Program-made: the position numbers and the translations under genes | The notes under the pieces: generated by a model | Told to the model about the DNA's origin: nothing | The model's database searches: none | What the model saw: the letters and a program-made list of their open reading frames with translations, nothing else | Shown here: piece after piece, positions 12,301 to 22,025 of the stretch | How the letters are laid out: the number at the start of each line of letters is the position of its first letter | Numbering within the stretch: position 1 is the stretch's first letter | DNA from: Phoronis australis | Taxonomy: Eukaryota; Animalia; Phoronida | DNA: 64,000 nt | Assembly: GCA_002633005.1 (NCBI GenBank) | Contig: NMRA01000036.1 | Span: 1,398,923 to 1,462,922, forward strand | Direction: 5' to 3'

Positions 12301-12761
12301 TTAATGACTGTTATGAGCAAGGTTGGCGATCAGAAACTGAGCATAATGCAAAACTTAAATTCTACTCTAACTTTAAGACTCTGTACTGTTTTGAACCATA
12401 TCTTAAGTTACCGCTACACACTAGTCTTATTCAAGCGTTTACTCGTTTACGTTGCTCCAACCACAGACTACAAGTGGAAGTGGGTAGACACGAGAAAGTG
12501 GAATATTGCAATAGATTATGTATGGCTTGCAATGATGGTCTTGTAGAGGATGAATACCATTTCCTGTTGGTTTGCAAGGGATATTGTGAACTTAGGTCAC
12601 GTTTTATGAAGAAATTTCAATGGAGGCATCCAACTCAAGAATCCTGTATACGCCTGCTCGCTAATCCAGATATATCTGCTGTTAAATATGTGTATTTTGC
12701 TCTTAAAAGACGAGATCAACTCTTAAATGGGTTGACTGCTTGTGCAAATGTGCCTGATTAA
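9303..12761 (+). CDS. LINE ORF2: APE endonuclease + reverse transcriptase + C-terminal CCHC-type zinc motif
   Basis: SWNAHG, SETW, GDLNAR, VDY, SDHFP (APE); YRGISLL, QAGFR, FVDFSKAFD, GTRQG, LYADD, YKYLG (RT); RLRCSNHRLQVEVGR..CMAC....EDEYHFLLVC. First ATG is 9306; frame is open back to the ORF1 stop at 9260. Confidence 0.97.
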   Translation: MMSWNAHGLAKKIGQSEVIDFISRYHVVAVSETWANKPNQFSVPGYVNFDVQNIKRRKFGRNSGGVSVFIKDELGKYFRRLKVDHIHGVVIKGDKRLFKTDNDVIICFIYVAPEGSPVYENSAEKNGVTLLGQELLNLSQKFCDCHFVVMGDLNARVGNLQDYILDDSADFLTCQDWYDSDTFCWPRQSKDETVNNFGKTLIELCCDLNMHIVNGRSQGDKHGEFTCHASGGCSTVDYLIVSTSLFQHISDFSVGTFDESDHFPIVCNVAGNCVYDSRCSVSQSASKSNTRLEWDSGRVAEFHEVFSNCLSESLDRVVEQIARGDIESATEGITNLYKQTATSMAMFKNKRTYAKRQSKQPPWWDKELHTAKKLKNHSLNIFRRDSSPGKLAVYKENKKQFRMLYKEKEKEHQSKLLENILDSRNNPKQFWALVKSKFNSSPKETAITPERWYTYFNLLLNERMEPNDTMSNAVVRQQENHDNYCDACDKNLPSDMNTCFSCEEIDCAIMDLPNGKAAGIDHVVFEMLKSTRVAIVPVLELLFNGILATGHYPQGWCDAIIVPIFKQGNTEDENNYRGISLLSAVGKLFTKLLNNRLRTWAEANDELRESQAGFRKGYCTQDQMFTLQAMCQKYITKPGGRFYCAFVDFSKAFDRVPHMLLWYRLQKIGVHGNVLKILKSMYSKLRSCVRTREGLTDFFDCSVGTRQGCMISPLLFIMYLNEFIEVLDNAQNIRGIYINEEAPHVKSLLYADDMVLCSSTQINLQRMLNCLYDYCSSWGMSVNLKKTKIVVFRNGGPLRAYEKWYYGNQVVEVVSQYKYLGIFFTPRLVWSKATKTLARQGSKAAMSISKIRNRCTELPLSLSLELFDKIAVPTMCYGAEIWGFKEYEWLENVYVKFCKIALGVGNSCSNAAVLGECGIYPLYAKYYVTCVKYWLKLLKMPPTRYAKAAYDMLVDLDRNGRNTWVSSVRQLLSKYGFYQIWLNQGVTCEVSFLSFFAQRVNDCYEQGWRSETEHNAKLKFYSNFKTLYCFEPYLKLPLHTSLIQAFTRLRCSNHRLQVEVGRHEKVEYCNRLCMACNDGLVEDEYHFLLVCKGYCELRSRFMKKFQWRHPTQESCIRLLANPDISAVKYVYFALKRRDQLLNGLTACANVPD

Positions 12762-15700
12762 TTGTTTTGTTTATTGTACTTTGGGCCAGAGGCCTTCAAT
12801 ACAAATACATTTATAGATTATTAGATAAATGACGTTAGCCTCAATGACCAAACACTGAATTTCATTCAGCCACAGGGCAGTTTAAACACGTGTCAAAATT
12901 GTGAAAGTTCATAGCACTCAGTACTGAGACATACTCTAAAAACACAAACCAAAATGAATGTTTTTTAAGAATATGCATTGTGTGCTTTTAAGCAATTACT
13001 TCAGCCAGTACAAATGTGGTTTGCTTTAGTCTGAAGTTTCTGATTTTAACTTGATATCACAACTAGCTGTACTAATTGTAAAACAGATTCACTAGCTACA
13101 TTTTCCATAGTCATCTTTTATCGAACTACCGTTTCGACCACAATGCATATATCACAGAGAAAAGATGTCAGAGACACTTCACAACGACTTGATGTTTCCT
13201 AACTAGGAGCAAGTATGTGTTGAAAAATATATATTTGTTGATCTGCCAATATCAGAGTAACATTCAGCTCATATCATGGACAAGGTAATAATGATTTCAA
13301 TTGCAGGAGCGTCACCTACTGCTCATCACTTTCAAAATATTCTCACTAAAGAACCATGAATTTATTCGCCTTACAAAAATGATCACACTTAACCAATCTT
13401 GGGATATTGCCGGCATTGTAAGAGGATGCTCAACACTTAGCTTGAAGCCAAGTCGCATTTGGCTACTTGCTGAAAATCCCAGGACGCTAAAGGAAATCTG
13501 ACGTCGTCCAAAACTGATGTTTGTCATCAGAATAGTTGGCTAAAAAAAGGTTATGCTATTTTCCGTTCTTGGGAACTTACGTCACATACCCAGAATGTAG
13601 GTGATCATATACACTGTAGGCACTAGTTTCACTCATCATGCATGATTATCGCCAACTTCCACCTGTGTACTTCCTGATGTCATTTTAATGCAAGTTTGAC
13701 AAGTGCTAACTGCTGTCGGTGGTAGCAAATGCACCAATTTCATGAAATAAACGAAACAATTGTAAACTAAGGTATCAAATCTAAGAAAACTGTTAGTAAC
13801 TTAAAATTTAGGAGTCAACACAAACTTTGAAACAAATTTCGAGGGAATTGGCTGACTTTGATACTCACAGTGGTGACTTCATGGCGACTTGGGATTTTTC
13901 CCAGGTGACCAAACACAATCTGTAGTTCACTAAATCAAGCACTGCAAGACATAATTGTCAGAGGTTATGTTAATGATGCTCAATACATAATAATCATAAA
14001 GCATTTTGGTTATGTAGTACCCTATCAAAATGTCCAATTTTGTCCATCCTTGGGACATCTTACAAGATACTGATTGGATTCACGTGAAACTTTCACAGAA
14101 TATACTTTATAAACTAATCCCCAACATGCCGTTAGAAATGTTTTTTTAAAATGTTCCACATTTGCGTGAGGACCTACCAGAAAGCAGGAATTGCATAAAT
14201 TTCATGAATTTTTTACATTGCATAAAACAAAAATGAGACGGTAATTTAGCAAACTGTAACATCATTTTTGAGATTTACCTTGAACATCATGTTATACAAC
14301 ACGAACTAAAATTCTACAGTTTTGTAAATATTTGACTTAATGTACAGACTTGTCAATAAAGTACTACATAACCTTTAAGCACACCATATGGCAAACGTCA
14401 TCAATTAACAAGACTTACGAATTATACACCCTACTACATTTCAATAATTCTATTACAGACACCAGACTACTTTGTATGCCCATCCTCTGTTTTTAGTATG
14501 TGTCATGACAAATGCTGGATATGAAGTGGTGGCTGGTACTCGGAAATGAAAACATGGCATCCTTGCACAAGGCTCTATCGGTCCTGAGACAGCACAATGA
14601 AGAATGGAATCCAAGATGTTTTGTGGTCAATGCATCTGAAATAGAAACTCCAGCAATTAAAACTGTGTAAATGTGTTTTCAGGTACTTACTTACTTTACA
14701 CAGTAGTAATGACATTACTGAACTGGTAAATGTTTTGCAAGAGCCTCGATTTAATGCCTATAGCATTCAACATTTTCCGTTAAACAGCTTTGTCACAACA
14801 CACTGCTGTTTTTCATATACAATATATAGATTTCACCGCCAATCTTAGGCATTGCATAAAACCCCATTAGGTTCAAAGTTACAAACTGAAAATTAAATCA
14901 CTTGCTGCTTCTTCCTCACAATGTCAGAATTTTAATCCTTAGCAGTTAAAACTACTAAGCTTGGGAGATATGAAACTTGTTATTACTAGAAACCCTACAT
15001 GTTGCTTTTCAGATGAAATGACAACCCAGCGCACCATACAGGAGAAACAGTTCCCTTTAAAATCTGACTTATATTTGAAAATTTGCACTCGTATTTCCTA
15101 ATTTGGACTCTTAAAAATGACCAAAAAACTAACTAGGCGTTGGTGGGGGTGGTCCCAATTTTAATTTTTCTGTTCTTTTTTCAAGCATGTCACTTGTTTT
15201 AGCCAGCGAATATACATGTTTGTTAGAGAGCACAGATTTAACATTCATATCTGCAACAAGTCTTACTACAATTTCAAAGACCACTCTCGTTTACTGTGAT
15301 ATCCTTCCTAAAGCTCTAGTAAGGTGAATGAAAGACTAATTTCATAGCAAAAAGTCGATGAACAAAAAATTCATTTGTAACACCAAACATGGGTTGCAAA
15401 GCCCCTTGAACTACATACTTGTTAACTTTCTCTATGTGTGTGCAGAGATCTTTCTTTGTGACTTTCACAGGAAAGAGGCCTGGTACGGCTGGGTATCCTC
15501 CTACATTAACGGAATGGTGGCACATCAGGACGAAATTCTTACTGCTTACTTCCCTCTGAGTAAGGCAACAACACTGAAAATGCCCATGGTCTTCATGAAT
15601 AAACTCTGCTGAGGCTTGACAGTGATCTGATGAGAAAGCAAAATGATGTTATTATTAAGTAAGCTTGTTCGCTGCATGAGAACTCATCCTTAAAATAATA

Positions 15701-15798
15701 TCACAAAACAAAACCTTAAAGTTTCAAAATATAAAAGACAACCAGTTAAGATCATGAGAGTCAATGTTTGCAGAATCAAAGGCAAACTGTCATATGCG

Positions 15799-15912
15799 TC
15801 ATGGGCGGCGCAGCCCCCCATCCCCCCTGTGGTACACCGCCCATAGACCATGGGCACTGAAAAAAGTGGGGGGCTATAGGACCCCCCCAGCACCCTATGG
15901 TGCGCCGTCCAA
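15799..15912. mobile_element. Small GC-rich MITE-like insertion
   Basis: Inverted ends CATGGGCGGCGCA / TGCGCCGTCCAAG with internal G/C runs. Confidence 0.4.
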
Positions 15913-17227
15913 GTGTGTTATGTTCCAGAATGCAGAATCAGTTTCCACTGAGCTACAAGTGGGTACATTGAGACAAGAAGACTGCAAGAAGTAACATGGA
16001 GTAAAGAAAGTGTTGCATACAAAAGGAAAAAATTGAATGCAAGTCACATACAGGTGTACTAGTAGCTGTGACTCAGTCAATTCCATTTTGATGGAGTAGA
16101 GTGGGTTTTATAATCAGAGAATATTTTGATCAATTTGTGAAAAATATTTTCTTCCTAGGAAAATAATTCGTAAGACATCAATTGTTAGGTCTCACTTACA
16201 TTTTCAATGCATACATCAACATTAATTATGGGTGTGGGTTCTATTGTGTAAGAATAAAACCCGCGGTGGTTCGAAGAGAAAAGTTCGTCTGTTCGGTATG
16301 ATGTATTTAAAAGCTACTCGTGAGATAGTATAAGGATGTTACATATAACATGCAAGTGAACCTACTCGACCAATCAGAATGTGCGCCAAATATAAAACTA
16401 ACCAGTGGGGAAGATAACCTTGAACTGAACAAGAGCAGTAAACAACCAAGCTAAACATATGTCAAGAGGCAACAATTAATAACTTTAAACTAAACATGTA
16501 TAGTAAACACCTAAGCTAATTAACCCAGTGAAAACCTGTCATAAACACATGCCAATAATGGGTGAATTGTACTTTGCTGATAACTTCTAATATATTTTTG
16601 TTAGCCAATTAGATGTTGAGTGAGTCATAGACATACGCTCTGAATTTCTAAGATTAAACTGTTTCTTATGGCAAAAATATCAATTCAGAATAATTAAGCT
16701 GTAATTGGTACTTTGCAATTGACTCAAAATTAAATTAGAGCAATGCAACATCTATAAATATTGTATTTTAATCCAAGTACATCGATTTGGCCTGTTGCAC
16801 AAGATCATCATCACAGAGACGTCTATGCTGGGAATTTACACTCTTTATGATGTTAACTTTTAAACAAATTGAATATCTTGAAAGATATGAAACAATATCA
16901 TAACTAGTGAGTAAATATGGCCATCCTAAAGATGAAATGTGTGATATTTAAAAATGATCACTAGAATGACAATGAAACTTAATTATTTTTTTAAATTAGA
17001 AATTGCCCTAAAATTGCACAGTTACATATGTCACCAATTAATTGTGCACCTGTGAATAACTTACACATGTATGGCAATTCAACATTTTGATATAGTTACC
17101 TGTATTGTTCACTCCATCTTTCATTCGAGCTTGTGTCATCTATTGGGTAGCGCAACGCCATCAAAAAACTCCATGCAAATGACCTGAAATTTTTGAAAAA
17201 CACTTCTGAATTACCAGACAACTAGTT

Positions 17228-17820
17228 CTACCTGACTCCGCTGGTTGACATTTGGCAAATGTCAACTAGCTGATCCAGATATCATCACCAAAATACAAAT
17301 GCTAAGTCCTACCTGACTCCGCTGGTTGACAATTTGCAAATGTCAACTAGCTGATCCAGGTATCATCACAAAAATACAAATGCTAAGTCCTACCTGACTC
17401 CGCTGGTTGACAATTTGCAAATGTTAACTTGCTGATCCAGGTATCATCACCAAAATACAAATGCTAAGTCCTACCGGAATCCGCTGGTTGACAATTTGCA
17501 AATGTCAACTAGCTGATCCAGGTATCATCACCAAAATACAAATGCTAAGTCCTACCTGACTCCGCTGGTTGACATTTTGCAAATGTCAACTAGCTGATCC
17601 AGGGATCATCACAAAAATACAAATGCTAAGTCTTACCTGACTCCGCTGGTTGACATTTTGCAAATGTCAACTAGCTGATCCAAGTATCATCACCAAAATA
17701 CAAATGCTAAGTCCTACCTGACTCCGCTGGTTGACAATTTGCAAATGTCAACTCGCTGATCCAGGTATCATCACCAAAATACAAATGCTAAGTCCTACCT
17801 GACTCCGCTGGTTGACATTT
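17228..17820. repeat. 81-bp tandem array (~7.3 copies) with palindromic monomer
   Basis: Unit CTACCTGACTCCGCTGGTTGACATTTTGCAAATGTCAACTAGCTGATCCAGGTATCATCACCAAAATACAAATGCTAAGTC starts at 17228, 17309, 17390...; copies differ by a few substitutions; stops in all six frames. Confidence 0.97.
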
Positions 17821-18126
17821 CAGTAGGCCTAAATCTCTAAGACTAAGACTCTAATACACTGCGAGTAAGAGGCTAAGGATTACCGTGACAGTCACATAAC
17901 CACAGTGTTCAACTATTTAAAAACACGTCCTTCGGGAAGTTTCTCCGTCAAAAGAGCAGTGGTTTCTCTTAAGATCATATTTAGCATAAAATATAATAAA
18001 TTAAGCACACCTACCATGTCGAAATTCGTTCAATGCCGCTGTCACAGTTCTTGAATTCGAGAAATTCTCTGCTGAAACAATAACACTTCGAGAGGAAGTA
18101 AAGACAGGGAATCCCTCTCGACAGAA

Positions 18127-18166
18127 CGCATGCGCGTGACCTACGTCACTTCCACCTGGATTGGCT
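18127..18166 (-). promoter_or_regulatory. Compact promoter-like motif cluster (CCAAT, ETS, CRE half-site, NRF1-like)
   Basis: Minus strand reads AGCCAATC-CAGGT-GGAAGTGACGT-AGGTCA-CGCGCATGCG, followed by a GT donor at 18014 and an 84-nt AG/GT-bounded exon-like block at 17100-17183. Confidence 0.45.
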
Positions 18167-18943
18167 CGTTGACATTGTCCCGCTAAGCTGTAAGGACAGC
18201 TTAGGCTACGTTGCAAAGTTTCCATTGTCCTGGATACGGGNGGGGGGGGGGGGGGGAATACTGGGTAAGCTGTCAATTCCATTGTCGAGTATTTAGTACT
18301 AGCATCGTCTCAGGTGGGTTAGTCAGTCAGTTTTATCTCTGTCATTCAAAGTAACACTTTACACACGAGATGGACCAGTTATCGTTTCCGTCGTTTTCAA
18401 GGATCATCCTGGGTTTAGTAATTTGGTTTTGTGGTATCTGTTATAGTCCATATTGAGCTGCGTAAATTTCCGACCGTTCAATGTGGGTCGTTGGAAAAAA
18501 ATGGCGGAGAAGTTGGCGACTTTGATATTGTCTCGGCTTCTCACCCCACCCCTCCCCCAGTACGAAATGCGAGAGAAACCCGGGGTCACAGGAAGTTAGT
18601 GTGCATAACGTAGGCCAACCTCATGAAACAGTAATATAGTTTATTAAATATAACACAATGGCAGACCAATATTTCACTGCAACGAGGTAGTTGATCTGAG
18701 CACCCCCGTTAGATGACAATACAAATCGCGCAACGCAGGGGGAGACTGGCAAACGTAACAGCGTGTAAAGAATGTGCTATTCAGCCATTTATTGTGTGGC
18801 AACCAGGCACCGTATTGATCGCTGGGGGTCTTGAGTAAATAGTGAGTGGCCTATAACGTTGACAAGGTAGTTGGGATTGGGCAAGTTTTGAACAAGCTTA
18901 TTACTGTTGTTATCTCAAACCAGCTCGCAACTCAATATCCAAG

Positions 18944-18990
18944 ATGGATCGTCAAACGAGCGGTATGATGTTTTCATACTACAATAAAAG
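18944..18990 (+). CDS. C2orf50: C2orf50-like protein, probable first coding exon (MDRQTSGMMFSYYNK-S)
   Basis: Good start context CAAGATGG, donor AAG|GTAGGA in phase 2, matching the phase of the 28362 exon; not supported by recognisable homology, so lower confidence. Confidence 0.55.
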
Positions 18991-20110
18991 GTAGGAGTTG
19001 ACATTTGTACAACCCCAGCAATAAGTGTTTAACCGGGCCACTGATGTAGAACCCGTGAAAGAGCATTGCCATGATTGTGAAACATAACTTCGTTCGTTAA
19101 TGGTGGTTAAGGATTTGTTGAATGAACGTACCGTACATTAAAAATCAATGGATATGTTTATCTATAATGGGAATGGGATGGACAAAAAGAACTACTGAAT
19201 CTAATGGAATGTGAAGTGAACATGAGTAACAGGTCCTAGAGTCACTCGTCAACAAAGAATCGAATACCGTACGACGCAGGGCGCTGATGAGAACAACCAA
19301 CAAAATTGAACAGGACTTAAATGTTACGGTGATAAATTTAATGAATCAATATCGAGTGGGGCCGTTGCCACGGTAGCTTAGATTTCCTGGTAAATAAGAT
19401 CCCTGAATTATCCGTTATGGTCAAGATTGCAGTTTGGGGGATTCGACACAGTTTGCCAAAAATCCGTAAAGCAGTCATTGTTTTACGACAATGGCTAAAA
19501 TATTCCGACATTTTGGACCAAGGCAAATAAAATTAAGATGCCAAATTAAAAACAATAATGACGATTAAACCAGATCTAAGTAGCGTTGTAAATTGCTAGG
19601 CCTTTCACATGATTACCGGTCAATTGGCCAGGGAGCAGTTGGGCGGGTGCAATCGTTGTCAGCACACACTGATTTTAAAATCCAAATGCCTAACTTTTGT
19701 ATTAAAAGTTTCTCGCAATAAAATGTTTCTGCGGTTACCAAATTTTTTGAAAATTAATGTGAAGTGACTGTGTGATTCAGTTGCTGTGTGATGGTAAAAT
19801 CGATTCGTAAATACGTGGCAGACGTATCACATTTGATTATGATTTCTTACTTCAAATATCAAATAATTCAACTTGAGAAATGCAGATTTTGCATTGATTA
19901 ATTTGTTATTTTGGCGGTTACAAATAGCGCGCGACAACAACTTGCACCATGATGTCACACTGAACAGGCAAACCCAAGTGTAGACATCATATGGTGAGGT
20001 TTATTTCAACGTCAATTTTGTATTGATTCAAAAGAAACTTGTTGTCTTAGATTGTCCCTATCAATTTAGCTATTTCCACAATCTCGGCAACACAATATAA
20101 TCGCCATCTG

Positions 20111-20260
20111 GGCCCAGTTGCATAAAAGTTATACGCCGTATAGCAACAATGACGTCGCATTATCACGCGTCACGTTATTATTGTTGAACAATGCACATGA
20201 CGTCATGCAACAATCAAACTTATCCAGCGGATATCTTTTGAAGCTTTATGCAACTCGGCC
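20111..20260. mobile_element. PIF/Harbinger-type MITE (150 bp)
   Basis: TIRs GGCCCAGTTGCATAAA / TTTATGCAACTCGGCC flanked by CTG...CTG 3-bp TSD. Confidence 0.85.
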
Positions 20261-21139
20261 CTGGAGAAATGTAGCTGGGTAATCGTGATATTGAAATTGG
20301 TGCGCTTTTGAAGTCAAATTTAGCATTCTTACATCACCCTAATATTGAGCTACAATACCTCAAACACGAAGTCTATGACCCCCTCATGTTTCTGTCATTT
20401 CACAGAAAACACGATGGGAATTCAAACATTGCATAAAAGAAAAACAAAAAATAACGTAATTTTTTGTGAAGAGCCTAACACTCTAAAATTTGAGGTACTC
20501 GAAACCGACGAAAGAAAATCGGTAAATCAAGAAATATACACGAAGCCATTAAAATATAAAGCTGACATCGCACTACGAAAATTGGTCTGTTTTCAAAAAT
20601 AAATCACTAATTCGATTGTAAGTAGCTTTTTCAGAAGCACATGTAAATTTTACATTTTTTCTAGAGGCGCCTTTGTTCAGACAGCTGTAACGGAAAAGTA
20701 ATGTAGTAGGCAATCACTGAAATACAAAGTATGTAAATTTAAAAAACTACAACGTTAAATTAAACTGTTACTGCTACCTGGCTAAATACGAAAATCGAAT
20801 AAGGCCTGTTATTCTCTTAAAATTGGTCACATAATACCGTGATAGGATTCTATTTCAATCACCAGCAAGAACATCGAAATTATCAGTAACTCAAGATGAC
20901 GCTGTAGGTTTTATTGGAGTTGGCCAATCCTAAAAATGCGGATTCGAAAATGACACACATACGCATCGCTTGTGATTTATTATTCGACAACAATGCAAGA
21001 TCGTCGCATTGTTTTTAAACCCCAATGCACCTCGGTTAAGAATTCCAGACTAAGAGCTTAACGGCGAAATATATCTTCAGCTGCCAGAACCATTGCCTTG
21101 TCAAAGAACTACACAATGTCATGCAGTCGTGTTGCTGAT

Positions 21140-21820
21140 GTTACCACAGTTGTGACAGCTGCACATTTCTGTACAGTTTGACCCAGCATTGCAGCACATT
21201 CTCAGTTTCCCAGCACAAATGTTCTTTTTGCACTTGCAGCGTTTATTGTTTAGTACTGTTAATGGAGCTGTGGGCATTACCATACAGTTTTAACTGCAAA
21301 GCTCCACCGCCAAGGAGCCAACTATGGTCGATTAGAGAGGATACAGCACTGCACACTGGCGATTGGCCCGCATGCAATGAATTGTCAAACACTAAGTCCT
21401 TGTTTGGAGGCAGGCAGGATTTGGGCAAACGTTTGATTCAAAATATGCTATAATGGGCTGTGTTAATTAGAGTCAGCAAGTGAATTATTGAACACTAGCC
21501 TCGATTCACTTTCGTATCTCTTAGTCGGGCACAAACTACAACAGTGAGTAGCTTCAACAGTCGTTTCTTAAGACTGCCTGTCCAAATAACTTCATGCATA
21601 CCAGCTTTCTGAAGAACAGCTTCAAAGTCTTACTTTAGTTTTGAAAGGGAAATGACATCTCTATGTGTTAGAAGCTTTGATTCAATGAACTCCAAACAAA
21701 ATTGTAGAAAAACATCTCTGAAAACTGTGGATTTGTCACTCTTCAAAATCTTTGTCTTTCTATTTTTTATAGCACGATGATCTGCGGTACTTGACTTCTA
21801 AAACACAAGGTCTTTATCTT
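21140..21820 (-). pseudogene. Academ-type transposase relic (internally deleted)
   Basis: Minus strand DKDLV/LEVKYRRSSCYK (DLVAxExxYHxxCY-like), CLPPNKD, and C-terminal Cys cluster RCKCKKNICAGKLRMCCNAGSNCTEMCSCHNCGN. Confidence 0.6.
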
Positions 21821-22025
21821 TGAATTTCAGTTGCAAATTCAGGGCCCTGGACTGAGCTGTTGCTTGCGATATAAGTCCAACTGAAAAAAACCCCGAACTG
21901 TTAACACTAATTTAACATTTAACAATGAGTGAGTTGGCATGCAATTTTTTCAGACGGACTTATCAGGAACTGATCAACCACCAGCCTAACAAATTTACAT
22001 GCCGTCTGATCAGTCGCCTAAAAAA

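Larger units (their letters stand above)
8348..12825 (+). mobile_element. Full-length, intact non-LTR retrotransposon (RTE-X-like)
   Basis: Two open ORFs; flanked by direct repeat TAAATGAC (8340-8347 and 12826-12833); short 3' UTR with GGGCCAGAGGCC and an AT-rich tail. Clade call from ORF1 type plus ORF2 C-terminus. Confidence 0.9.
8128..15612 (+). pseudogene. Spliced CaRF-domain/MULE transposase pseudogene
   Basis: Exon relics: 8128-8251 ..CEEPICMQEVVAFPGYK (CaRF/ALS2CR8-like IxVxEVxxFPxYK; donor mutated to ATGAGC); ~13307-13549 LMF/HQNSWLKK; ~14459-14682 QTTLYAHPLFLVCVMTNAGYEVVA / ENMASLHKALSVLRQHNEEWNPRCFVVNASEIE (MULE DDE core, second Asp appears as Asn); ~15446-15612 IFLCDFHRKEAW (MULE CxxH). 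Frameshifts and stops throughout; an exon-like block at ~7096-7327 may belong to it. Confidence 0.75.
6539..18184 (+). mobile_element. Decayed MULE (MuDR)-type DNA transposon bounded by 31-bp inverted repeats
   Basis: Perfect IR AGCGGGACAATGTCAACGAGCCAATCCAGGT at 6539-6569 and its reverse complement at 18154-18184; encloses CaRF/MULE transposase exon relics. No clean TSD (GCCGTTAGG left vs GCTGTAAGG right, offset by 2 nt), so boundaries are inferred. Confidence 0.6.

Noticed and set aside
8672-12546. Antisense and alternate-frame ORFs overlapping the LINE
   Set aside because: Short shadow ORFs of a long coding region with no recognisable motifs.
17228-17820. CRISPR-like array (palindromic repeats at regular spacing)
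   Set aside because: The intervening sequences are identical, not unique spacers; no cas genes; eukaryotic context.
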